Shown: positions 37,164 through 46,448 of the stretch, piece after piece
Layout: each line of letters opens with the position of its first letter
Numbering within the stretch: position 1 is the stretch's first letter
NCBI GenBank assembly: GCA_963800515.1
Contig: CAWDBC010000001.1
Span: 310,010-374,009, forward strand
Origin: an uncultured Thermoleophilia bacterium
Lineage (GTDB): Bacteria > Actinomycetota > Thermoleophilia > Gaiellales > F1-60-MAGs149
Length of the DNA stretch: 64,000 nucleotides
Reading direction: 5' to 3'
Translations under genes and position numbers: made by a program
The notes under the pieces: model-generated
What the model saw: only the letters and a program-made list of their open reading frames with translations
Told to the model about the DNA's origin: nothing
Database searches by the model: none

Positions 37164-37180
37164 TGCGTGGATGTCGTCAA
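37152..37180 (-). promoter_or_regulatory. Sigma-70/SigA-like promoter of the NRPS operon (TTGACG-N17-TACGCT)
   Basis: The minus strand reads ttgacg-acatccacgcatgtgag-tacgct. The -35 is at 37180-37175 and the -10 at 37157-37152. This lies about 65 nt upstream of GTG 37087. Confidence 0.5.
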
Positions 37181-37331
37181 CCCCGCCGGACGGGCACGGG
37201 GACCGACCCCCGCACCCGGTCACGGCGGCCGGCCTGACGAGGGGGAGGCGCGCGCCGCCACGATCGCCCGTGGTCCGGCGGCGGCCTCCGAGCGCCGGTG
37301 GCCGACGGCCCCCGGTGGCGCCTTCCTCCGG

Positions 37332-37724
37332 CTAGTCGCCCGTGCCGACGATCGTCAGCGAGTTGCCCGCGGGATCGCGGAGGCGGAACATGGGCGGGAC
37401 GGGGTCGCCCCAGCGTGCGATCTCCGCGTCGACGTCGACGCCGGCCGCCCGCAGCGCCGCGTGGTCGGCCTCGAGGTCGCTGGTCGAGAGGACGATCCCG
37501 GTGTCGACGGAGGTCGGGCCGCCCTCCATCGGCGGGGCGATCGCGATCGCGGTCGAGCCGCCGACGGGCGCGACCTCGATCCAGCGCATCGTGCCGTCGC
37601 CGAACGTGTCGTCGGAGCGCAGCTCGAAGCCGAGCGTCGAGACGTAGAAGTCGAGGACCCGGTCCTGGTCGGCGGCCGGCACGGCCACCCGGCCGATCTC
37701 GGTGATGTGCAGCTTGTCGGGCAT
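37332..37724 (-). CDS. VOC-family (glyoxalase/bleomycin-resistance fold) protein
   Basis: 130 aa. The sequence reads 'ITEIGRVAVPAADQDRVLDFYVSTLGFEL...RLRDPAGNSLTIV'. Confidence 0.8.
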   Translation of the reverse strand: MPDKLHITEIGRVAVPAADQDRVLDFYVSTLGFELRSDDTFGDGTMRWIEVAPVGGSTAIAIAPPMEGGPTSVDTGIVLSTSDLEADHAALRAAGVDVDAEIARWGDPVPPMFRLRDPAGNSLTIVGTGD

Positions 37725-37845
37725 GTCGTCCCCCTCGTCGTCTCGTGGCCTCGCTCTCGGGACGTCAGACCGCCGGGGCCGGCAAAAGTCATCGATGGGC
37801 CCCGGATCCGCCTGGCCCGAGCCCGCCCCGGAGGCGGTCGCCGCC

Positions 37846-39576
37846 TCAGGCGGACGACGCCCGGGTGGTCCCGAGGACGGCGAAGGACTCGCCGTCGACC
37901 TCCACGCCGTAGACGTCGCGCGCCTCCTCGGCGGTCGCGAAGCCGTTCCGCACGTCCTCGGCCACGGCCTCGGGGTCGCGCTCCCGCGGGTCGCCGTAGC
38001 CGCCGCCCGTCGCGGTGACGATCCGCACGAGATCGCCCGCGGCGAGCGGGTGGCGGGCCACCTTGCCGAAGCGGGTGACCGTGCCGTCGGCGCGGACGAC
38101 GTCGACGTGGTTGGTCGATCCCTCGTGGCCACCGTGGAGGCCCCACACGGGGTAGGCGTGACGGCCCGCGGTCGAGGTGACCACCCAGCCGTCGCGGAGC
38201 ACCCGGTACTCGCGGATGCAGCCCGGCCCGCCGCGGGTGCGGCCCGCGCCGGCGCCGATCGGGTCGAGGGCGTACCGCTCGACCCGGAGGCCGAAGCGGG
38301 CCTCGGCGATCTCGGCCTGCGTGACGAAGGTCTCCCCGTCGAGGGAGCAGAACTGCCCGACGTTGCCGTCGGCCGACGGGTTCGCGCCCCAGCCGCCGGC
38401 CTCCGGCTCCACGAGGACGACGAAGTCGCCGGTGTCCGCGTGGGGGCCGGCGAGGATCGTGCCGACGACCGACGCCATGTGGCCGGCGCCGAGCCGCTCC
38501 GGCAGGTGCGGGGCGAGCGCGCGCCAGATCAGCTCGTTGCCGAACGTGAGGGACTCCCAGTAGATGGAGCACGGCGCCGGGCGCTCGGCGGAGAGGATGG
38601 TCCCCGACGGGCAGATCACCCGCAGCGGCGCGAACGAGCCGTGGTTGGCGGGCGACGCGGGATCGGTCAGCGCCTTGAAGGCCACCTGGGCCGAGGACAC
38701 GAGCCCCGTGCGCGTGTTGTTGACGGGCCCGGCGACCTGCGGATGGGAGCCCGTGAAGTCGCAGATGAACTCGTCGTCCGTGATCGTGACCTTGACGCGG
38801 ATCTCGAACGGGCCGTTGCCGAGCCCGTCGTCGTCGACGTGGTCGATCGCCTCGAACTCGCCCTTCGGCAGCTTCGCGAGCTCGAGGCGGGCGATCGTCT
38901 CGCCGTGGGCGATCAGCGCGTCCATCGACTCGAGCACCGCGTCGACGCCGTACTTCGCGCAGACGTCACGGAACGCGCGCTCGCCGACCCGCATGGCGGC
39001 CGCCTGGGCCATCAGGTCGCCGATCGTCTGGTCCGGGGTGCGGACGTTCGCGCGGATCAGGTCGACCAGCGCCTCGTTCCGCTCGCCCTCGCTCCAGATC
39101 TTGACGTTCGGGAACTGGAGGCCCTCCTGGTAGATCTCCGTCGAGTCCGTGGTGAACGAGCCCGGCGACATCCCGCCGACCTCGGTCCAGTGGGCCTTCG
39201 AGACGGCGAACGCGGCGAGCTCCCCGTCGACGTAGATGGGAGCGACGAGGGAGACGTCCGAGAGGTGCGAGCCGCCGCCCGTGTAGGGATCGTTGGTGAC
39301 GACGATGTCGCCCGGCGCGAGGCGGCCCTCCCACTTCTCGAGCACCGCCTCGACGCTCGTCGAGAGCATGCCGATGAACCCCGTCACGCCCTGGCCCTGC
39401 GTGATCAGGCGGCCGCGCGCGTCCGTGAGGCCCGTCGCGAAGTCCAGGACCTCGTAGATGATCGGGCTCATCGAGGTGCGCAGGAGCGTGACGAACATCT
39501 CGTCGCCGACCGCCGTGAGCGCGTCCTTGATGACCTCGATGGTGAAGGGATCGCTCGTTTCGACGTTCGTGGCCAT
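37846..39576 (-). CDS. hyuB: Hydantoinase B/oxoprolinase family protein (copy 1), intact
   Basis: 576 aa. The N-terminus 'DPFTIEVIKDALTAVGDEMFVTLLRTSMSPIIYEVLDFATGLTD' and the rest are collinear with the other two hyuB copies in this window. Confidence 0.9.
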   Translation of the reverse strand: MATNVETSDPFTIEVIKDALTAVGDEMFVTLLRTSMSPIIYEVLDFATGLTDARGRLITQGQGVTGFIGMLSTSVEAVLEKWEGRLAPGDIVVTNDPYTGGGSHLSDVSLVAPIYVDGELAAFAVSKAHWTEVGGMSPGSFTTDSTEIYQEGLQFPNVKIWSEGERNEALVDLIRANVRTPDQTIGDLMAQAAAMRVGERAFRDVCAKYGVDAVLESMDALIAHGETIARLELAKLPKGEFEAIDHVDDDGLGNGPFEIRVKVTITDDEFICDFTGSHPQVAGPVNNTRTGLVSSAQVAFKALTDPASPANHGSFAPLRVICPSGTILSAERPAPCSIYWESLTFGNELIWRALAPHLPERLGAGHMASVVGTILAGPHADTGDFVVLVEPEAGGWGANPSADGNVGQFCSLDGETFVTQAEIAEARFGLRVERYALDPIGAGAGRTRGGPGCIREYRVLRDGWVVTSTAGRHAYPVWGLHGGHEGSTNHVDVVRADGTVTRFGKVARHPLAAGDLVRIVTATGGGYGDPRERDPEAVAEDVRNGFATAEEARDVYGVEVDGESFAVLGTTRASSA

Positions 39577-39577
39577 C

Positions 39578-41633
39578 TCAGGCTCCCGTGTGGACGATGA
39601 TGTTGCCGAGTCGGTCGACCGTCGCGCGCATGCCCGGCGGCACGATCGTCGTGGTCGCGACCTCCTCGATGGCGGCCGGCCCGTCGATCTCGTCGCCGGC
39701 GCCGAGCCCGGACCGCTGGTAGACGACCGCCTCGACGCGGCCCCGGTCGTCGAAGTCGATCGTCCGGCTGCCCGTCCGGGCGCCGTCGGCTCCGCTTCCG
39801 GCCTCGACCTCGCGGAGCGGCGGCTTCTCGACCGCGCCGTAGCCGGTGAGGCGGAAGGTCACGAGCTCCGCCGGCACGTCGAGCCGGAACGTGTAGAGGC
39901 GCTCGTGGGCCTCGTCGAAGCGGCGCCGGATCTCCTCGGCGTTCGCGTCGAGCGGGCCCATCGGGCAGCGGGACGGTGACGGTGTGCTCCTGGCCGAGGT
40001 AGCGCATGTCGGCCTGCCGGACGAGCCGGACGCGGTCCTCGGAGATGCGCTCGTCGGTGAACGTCGCCATCAGCTCGTGCTCCAGCTCGCTCCAGATCGC
40101 GTCGGCCCGCTCCGGCGCGTCGGCGTCGGCGAGCCCCATCAGCGACGTCCGCTGGAGGTCGTGGCGGACGTCGCTCATCAGCATCCCGACCGCCGAGAAG
40201 TGGCCGGGGGCGGCGGGGACGATCACCTCGGGCACCTTCAGCTCGACGGCGAGCAGGGCGCCGCTGAGCGGCCCGCCGCCGCCGCAGGCGACGAGGGCGA
40301 ACTCGCGCGGATCGCGGCCCCGGCGGACGGAGACGATGCGCAGGAGGTTCGCCATGCTCGCGTTGGCGATCCGGAGGATGCCGCGCGCGGTGTCCTCGAC
40401 GCTCGTGCCGAGCCGTTCGCCCAGCCGGCCGATCGCCGCGCCGGGCGAGCTCCTCGTCGAGCGGCATCCGGCCGCCCATGAAGGCGCCCGCGCCGATCCG
40501 GCCGGTGACGAGGTTCGCGTCGGTCAGCGTCGCCTCGGTCCCGCCCCGCCCGTAGCAGGCGGGGCCCGGGTCGGCGACCGGCCGAGTGCGGGCCGACCTT
40601 CATCGAGCCGGCCGCGTCGATCCAGGCGATGGAGCCGCCGGCGACGCCGATCTCGACGATGTCGACCACCGGGACCTTGACCGGGTAGCCGGCGTTCCGG
40701 GCGTCGCGATCGATGTGGTAGTCGGCAGTCAGGCGCAGGACGCCCCCCTCGATCAGGCTCGACTTCGCCGTCGTGCCACCGACGTCGAAGGTGATCAGGT
40801 TCGGCCGGTCGATCGCCGAGCCGACGACGGCCGCGCCGATGACGCCGCCCACGGGTCCCGACTCGACGAGGTTGATCGGCGCCGAGGCGGTCACGTCGAA
40901 GCGCGAGACGCCGCCGTTCGACTGCATCGCGAAGTGGGTGTCGCGGTCGATCCCGCCGTCGTGGAGCCGGTCGGAGAGCCGCGTCAGGTAGCGGCGGACC
41001 GTCGGCTTCACGTACGCGTCGAGGACGGTCGTCGACATCCGGTCGTACTCCCGCCACTCGCCGGACAGGCGATGGGAGACGGAGAGCGGCCACGCCCGGC
41101 CACTCCGACTCGGCGATCTCGGCCGCCCGCCGCTCGTGGGCCGGGTTGGCGTAGGCGTGGAGCAGGCAGATCGCGATCGCGTCGACGCCCTCGCTCGTGG
41201 AGCGCGCGCGACCGCCGCCCGGAGCCCGTCCTCGTCCAGCGGCTCGACCTCCCGCCCCCGGTAGTCGAGCCGCCCGCCGACCTCGTGGCGGAGGTGGCGG
41301 AGGCACGAACGGCGGCTGCTTGCGGAAGACCATGTTGTAGAGGTCCGGCCGGTTGCCCTTGGCGATCTCGAGGGCGTCGCGGAAGCCGCGGGTGGTGATC
41401 AGCCCCACCGTCGAGCCCTTGCGCTCCGTCAGCGCGTTGATGACCACCGTCGTGCCGTGGGCGAGGAACGCCACCTCGTCGACGTCCGTCTGGGAGACGG
41501 CGTCGAGCACGCCCTCCTCGAAGGCCCGCGGCGTCGTCGGCGCCTTGGCCAGGCCGACGGCGCCGGACTGCTCGTCGAGGTGGACGAGGTCGGTGAAGGT
41601 GCCACCGATGTCGATGGCAACACGAGCCGGCAT
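39578..41633 (-). pseudogene. hyuA: Hydantoinase A/oxoprolinase family gene (copy 1), about 7 frame disruptions
   Basis: It starts 'MPARVAIDIGGTFTDLV'. The protein is scattered over track ORFs 40524..42185, 40238..41038, 39859..40479, 39468..40355 and 39578..39961. Breaks lie near 41300, 41205, 41188, 41087, 40577, 40438 and 39957, located by comparison with copy 3. Length mod 3 is 1. Confidence 0.85.
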
Positions 41634-41635
41634 GG

Positions 41636-42627
41636 TCAGCGCCTCCGGAGGAATTGGTCGCCGGCGACGGCGGCGAAGATGAGCACGCCCTGGGCGGCGA
41701 GCTGGTAGGTGGGATCGATGCCGAGGAGGTTGAAGCCGTTGCCGATCAGGGCGATGATCAGGACGCCCACCGTCCCCCGCCAGACGGCGCCCTCGCCGCC
41801 GAAGATGCTGGTGCCGCCGACGACCGCCGCGGCGATCGCCTGGAAGGCGAAGGTGTCCGGGTAGGCGTTCGGGGCGCCGCTCCCGTACCGGCCGGCGTAC
41901 ATCACGCCGGCGATCCCGGCGGCGACGCCGGAGATCACGTAGCACGAGGTCTGGACGCCCAGGACGCGGACGCCGGAGAGGCGGGCCGCCTCCGCGTTGC
42001 CGCCGACCGCGTAGACGTAGCGGCCGAAGACGCTGCGCGCGAACACGACCCCGACGACGATCGACGAAGGCGACGGCGATCCAGATCACGCCCTTGACCC
42101 CGAGGAACTTGCCGGTGGTCGCCGAGGCCAGCGTCTTGGCCGTGCCCGAGCTGTGGATGGCGACGAGCCCGCCGCTCGAGACCACGATCGCGAGGCCCTT
42201 GAAGGCGAACGACGTGGCGAGCGTGCCGATGAACGAGTTGACGCGCGGTCACCCCGATCGCGACGCCGTTGACGAGGCCCAGCGCCGCGCCGGTCGCGAT
42301 CCCGGCGACGATCGCGCCGGGCCACCCGGCGGCGTTCGCGCCGGCGCAGGCGACGATCGCGGCCACCGTCGCCACCGAGGCGATCGAGAGGTCGAAGATG
42401 CCGGCGATGATGCAGATCGTGATCGCCGCGGTGAGGACGAAGAGCTCGGACGACTGATCGAGGATGTTGAGCAGGTTGTCCCGCGAGAGGAACTTGTTCG
42501 TCGTCACCGAGAGCAGGAGGAAGAGCACGACGAAGAAGACGGCGATCCCGAAGTCGCGCAGCCGGGCGGTGACCGCGGCGCCTCCCTCGCGCTGATCGAT
42601 CCCGATGGCCCGCAGTCGCGCGATCAT
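41636..42627 (-). pseudogene. Ribose-type (RbsC-like) ABC permease, 2 frame disruptions
   Basis: The sequence 'MIARLRAIG...LFLLLSVTTNKFLSRDNLLNILDQSS' continues in other frames ('VNSFIGTLATSFAFKGLAIVVSSGG', 'FGRYVYAVGGNAEAARLSGVRV'). Breaks lie near 42245 and 42062. Length mod 3 is 2. Confidence 0.8.
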
Positions 42628-44167
42628 GCCGGTACCTCCTCGGTGGTTCCGAAACACGCCTGCAGGACCGCTTCCCGGTCCGGGTGCGCGCCGAACTCCC
42701 TGACGATGCCTCCCTGGCGGAGGGCGAGCGTCCGGTCGGCGAGCCCGAGCACCTCCTCGATCTCGCTCGAGATCACGATCACTGCGAGCCCCGCGTCGGC
42801 GAGCTCGACGATCAGCCGGTGGATCTCGCCCTTGGCGCCGACGTCGACGCCACGGGTCGGCTCGTCGATGATCAGGAGGCGCGGCGTCCGGGCCAGCCAG
42901 CGGGCGAACAGGACCTTCTGCTGGTTGCCGCCGGAGAGGGTCCCGACCGGGGCCTCGGGGCTGAGGCCGCGAACGTCCAGGCGCTCGAAGAGGTCCTGGG
43001 CCTTCGCGCGCTCGCGCCCGCGCCGGATGAACCCGCCGTCCGCGTGCTCCGTGATCGTCGAGAGCGTGATGTTCTCCCGGATCGACCGGAGGAGGAGCAG
43101 GCCCTCGTCCTTCCGGCTCTCGGGGACCATGCCGATGCCGTGGCGGATCGCGTCGCGGGGATCGCGCAGCGTGACGAGCTCGCCGTCGAGCCGGATCTCG
43201 CCGGCGTCCGGGCGGTCGGCGCCGAAGAGGAGCCGGGCGGTCTCCGTCCGACCGGCGCCGACGAGCCCGGCGAGGCCGAGGATCTCCCCTGGCGCACGCT
43301 CAGCGAGACGTCGCGCACCGCTCGGCCGCGCGTCAGGTTCCTCGCCTCGAGGACCACCGGCGCCTCGACCCGCTCGCGGCGCGTCGGATAGGCGAGGTCG
43401 ACGTCCCGGCCGACCATCGAGGAGACGAGGGAGGCAACGGTCTCTCCCGCCGCCGGCGCGCTCCGGACGACCCGCGAGTCGCGCATCACGGTCACCGTCT
43501 CGGACACGGCGAGCACCTCCTCCAGGTAGTGGGAGACGAGGACGATCGTCCGGCCCTCGGCGGCGAGCGTCCTGATCACCCCGAGAAGGCGCTCGGTCTC
43601 GTCCGCCGCCAGGGCCGCCGTCGGCTCGTCCATCAGGATCAGCCGGGCGTCCCGCGCGATCGCGCGCATGATCTCGACCTTCTGCCGCTCGGCGATCCGC
43701 ATCGTCGAGACGACCGTGTCCGGACGCAGGCCGAAGCCGACGTGCTCGTCGAGCTCCCTGTAGGCCCGGCGGAGGGCCGCACGACCCAGGAAGCCACCGC
43801 GCCGCGGCTCCACGCCGAGGAAGACGTTCGCCTCGACGGTCGCGTGCGGGACGAGGGCGATCTCCTGCTCGATCAGTGCGATCCCGCGGTTGAGCGCATC
43901 GCGGGGCGAGGAGAAGCTCACCGGCACGCCGTCCACGAGGATCTCGCCGCTCGAGGGCGTGTGGACGCCGGCGATCGCCTTGGCGAGCGTCGACTTGCCC
44001 GCCCCGTTCTCGCCGACGAGCCCATGGATGGTGCCGCGCCCGATCTCCAGCGAGACGTCCTGCAGCGCTCGCACCCCGCCGAAGTGCTTGGAGAGAGAGC
44101 GGATCTCGATGAGGGGGCCGGCGCCGCCGGCCCCCTCATCCTGCGCTCCGCGTGCGGTCGCCGCCAC
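42624..44167 (-). pseudogene. Two-domain (RbsA-like) ABC ATPase, 1 frame disruption
   Basis: Walker A 'GENGAGKST' is in the first half. The second half, 'LSGGNQQKV...LLIIDEPTRGVD', is in another frame. 'cagggg-agatc' near 43288 looks like G5->G4, breaking 'RQGEILGLAGLVGAGRTE'. Length mod 3 is 2. The candidate start is GTG 44167. Confidence 0.85.
44111..44137 (-). promoter_or_regulatory. Stem-loop just after the SBP gene (12-bp perfect stem, 3-nt loop)
   Basis: gagggggccggc-gcc-gccggccccctc. It lies 48-74 nt downstream of the SBP stop (44185) and inside the first ~20 codons of the ATPase gene. Confidence 0.5.
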
Positions 44168-44184
44168 GTCCGGTCCCTTCGCCG

Positions 44185-45306
44185 CTACGAGAGGTCCGAG
44201 TAGACGGGCGTGAAGTCGGCGATGACCGCCTTCGTCCCGGCCGGGTTGTGCAGCAGCTGCGAGTTGATCGACTTCGGCGGCGACTGGCCGTTGGCGGCGA
44301 GGATGCCGACGTCGGCCGAGGTCTTGCCGATCCCGGCGACGTCCGTCACGTACATCGCGAACCACTTGCCCCCCGTGACGGCGGCGAATGCCTCCTTCGA
44401 GGATCCGTTGCCGATCAGCGCGACCTTGCTCGTGTCGACGACGTTCTGGGCGCCGAGGATGGCCTGCGAGGAGCCGACCATGACGTTGATCTCCGGATGC
44501 GCCTGGGTCGCGTCCTGCGCCGCCTTCTGCCCCGTCTGCGGGGTGTAGCCGCCCTCGAGGTCGGCGACGAGCTTCGCCTGCGGCGCCTCCTTGGCGAGCG
44601 CGGCCTTGAAGGCGTTCGTCCGCGCGTTGTCCAGGGGCAGTGTCTTCAGGCCCTCCAGGTAGGCCACGTTGCAGGGGTTCTTCGTCTTGCACGCCTCGGC
44701 CGCGAGCTTGCCGAGCACGGTGCCGTTCGCGACCGGCGTCTCGGCGACGGTGTAGAGGCCGGGAACCTGCGGATCGAGGGTGTCGAACTTGCCGCCCACC
44801 GGGGTGAAGGCGGCGACGACGGTGATCCCCTTGGCGATCGCCTCCCGCGCCGCCGTCGCGACGCCGACCGGGTCGGTGGCGAGCACGACGTAGACCTGCG
44901 CGTCGCCCCGGACCGTCTCGTCCTGCATGGCCTTGATCTGCGCCGGGCCGTCGTACTGGGCCGGCGACAGGTCGGCGACCTGGATCCCGAGCGGGCTCGC
45001 CGCGCCCTTCACGCCCTGGAAGACACCCTGCGTGAACGAGTTCGACTTCCAGAACCCGAAGAACGCGATCTTCTTCACCTTGCCGGCGGCGGTGGGCGCC
45101 GTCACGGCCGCCGCGGCTGCGCCGGTCGTCGCAGCAGCAGTCGCGCTCCCCGCCGGGGCGCTCGCGCTCGTCGCCGGCGCGCTCGAGGCGCCGGCGGCCG
45201 CCGAGCTCGAGCTCGAGCTGGAGCTCGAGCCGCCGCAGGCGGCGGCCGTCAGCGCGAGGACGGCGGCGGCGGCGGTGATCGTCAGCCGCCTGGTCGGTTC
45301 GATCAT
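44185..45306 (-). CDS. Periplasmic-binding-protein (RbsB/LacI-type) sugar-binding lipoprotein
   Basis: 373 aa. The signal and lipobox read 'AVLALTAAAC-GG', followed by a long Ser/Ala/Thr linker and then a type-I PBP-like body. The ATG overlaps the M24 stop (ATGA). Confidence 0.82.
   Translation of the reverse strand: MIEPTRRLTITAAAAVLALTAAACGGSSSSSSSSSAAAGASSAPATSASAPAGSATAAATTGAAAAAVTAPTAAGKVKKIAFFGFWKSNSFTQGVFQGVKGAASPLGIQVADLSPAQYDGPAQIKAMQDETVRGDAQVYVVLATDPVGVATAAREAIAKGITVVAAFTPVGGKFDTLDPQVPGLYTVAETPVANGTVLGKLAAEACKTKNPCNVAYLEGLKTLPLDNARTNAFKAALAKEAPQAKLVADLEGGYTPQTGQKAAQDATQAHPEINVMVGSSQAILGAQNVVDTSKVALIGNGSSKEAFAAVTGGKWFAMYVTDVAGIGKTSADVGILAANGQSPPKSINSQLLHNPAGTKAVIADFTPVYSDLS
45203..45230. 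repeat. GAGCTC-based hexanucleotide microsatellite (encodes the poly-Ser lipoprotein linker)
   Basis: gagctcgagctcgagctggagctcgagc, which encodes the S9 run after the lipobox Cys. Confidence 0.6.
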
Positions 45307-46448
45307 GTTCGTGTCTCCTCCAAGTCAGCCGCCCGCGGCGCGGACGGGGCGAACGCGGGCAGCACCAGAAGCTCCCGCGGCAGGGTCGTCAGCACGACCG
45401 GGTCGCCGTCCGTGACGACGACGACGTCCTCGATCCGGATCCCGCCGGTCCCCGCCGCGTAGATCCCGGGCTCGACGGTGAGGACGGCCCCCGCGGCGAG
45501 CGGGGCCGTCCCGCGGGGTGTGAGGAACGGCGGCTCGTGGATCTCGAGCCCCATCGCGTGGCCGGCGCCGTGCAGGCAGGCTCCGAGCTCCGGCGAGGCC
45601 TCGACGATCGCCCGCTGGGCGGCGTCGACGTCACGGCCGGCGGCGCCGGCGCGCGCGGCGTCCGTCGCGGCGGCGAGGGCCTCCGCGACGACCGACCACG
45701 CGGCTCGTGCCCACTCGGTCGGCTCTCCCGCGCTGGCGCACCGGGTCAGATCGGCCCAGTAGCCGTCGATCTGCGCCGAGACGTCCGCGCAGACGACGTC
45801 GCCCCTGGCCAACGTGCGCGGGCCCGGCGTGCCGTGGGGGTTCGCGGCGTTCGGCCCGAAGAGGACGAGCGGGTGGCACTCGGTGGCGCCGGCGTCCCGC
45901 AGCCGGTTGGCGATCCTCGCGTTCACCTCGGCCTCGACGTCGCCCTCCGCGAGCTCGGCGAGCGCCGCCGAGACGACGCCCTCGACGATCCCGACGGAGC
46001 GGCGGATCCGCTCGATCTCCTCCTCGTCCTTGGCCTCGCGGAGCGCCATCACGAGGGAGCCGGCGGCGACGAGCTCGAATCCGGCCGCGTCGAGCGCCGA
46101 GGAGCGGGCGAACACGAGGTGGTCCTCCTCCACGCCGAGCCGGCGGACCCCGTCGAGCGCCCGGCGGAGCTCGGGCAAGCCGTCGGAGGCGGCCGTGTAG
46201 ACGGCGCGGGCGACGCGCTCCGGGACGCTCCCGACCGTCTCCTCCTCGAGGGCGGGGACGACGATCGTGGCCGCTCCGCCGCTCGTCACGACGACGGCGA
46301 AGAGGCGCTCGAGCTGCATCCCCCAGAACCCGGTCAGGTAGGCGATCGAGGCGTCGCTCGTCACGAGCACGGCGTCCAGGCCCGCCTCGTCGATCGCCGC
46401 CGCCAGCGCGCCGATCCTGGTCTCGGGTCCCGCGTTCGACTCCGCCAT
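45303..46448 (-). CDS. M24-family metallopeptidase (Xaa-Pro dipeptidase/creatinase-like)
   Basis: 381 aa. It has a creatinase-like N-domain plus a pita-bread domain with candidate metal ligands in 'VCADVSAQIDGYWADLTR', 'HGAGHAMG', 'LTVEPGIY' and 'IRIEDVV'. Confidence 0.85.
   Translation of the reverse strand: MAESNAGPETRIGALAAAIDEAGLDAVLVTSDASIAYLTGFWGMQLERLFAVVVTSGGAATIVVPALEEETVGSVPERVARAVYTAASDGLPELRRALDGVRRLGVEEDHLVFARSSALDAAGFELVAAGSLVMALREAKDEEEIERIRRSVGIVEGVVSAALAELAEGDVEAEVNARIANRLRDAGATECHPLVLFGPNAANPHGTPGPRTLARGDVVCADVSAQIDGYWADLTRCASAGEPTEWARAAWSVVAEALAAATDAARAGAAGRDVDAAQRAIVEASPELGACLHGAGHAMGLEIHEPPFLTPRGTAPLAAGAVLTVEPGIYAAGTGGIRIEDVVVVTDGDPVVLTTLPRELLVLPAFAPSAPRAADLEETRT

Noticed and set aside
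37088-37180. The TTG start at 37180, which would extend the thioesterase by about 30 codons ('MTTSTHVSTLTPGD...').
   Set aside because: That stretch has poor codon bias and contains the predicted -35, -10 and palindromic operator. GTG 37087 has an upstream purine-rich RBS and gives a typical type II TE N-terminus.
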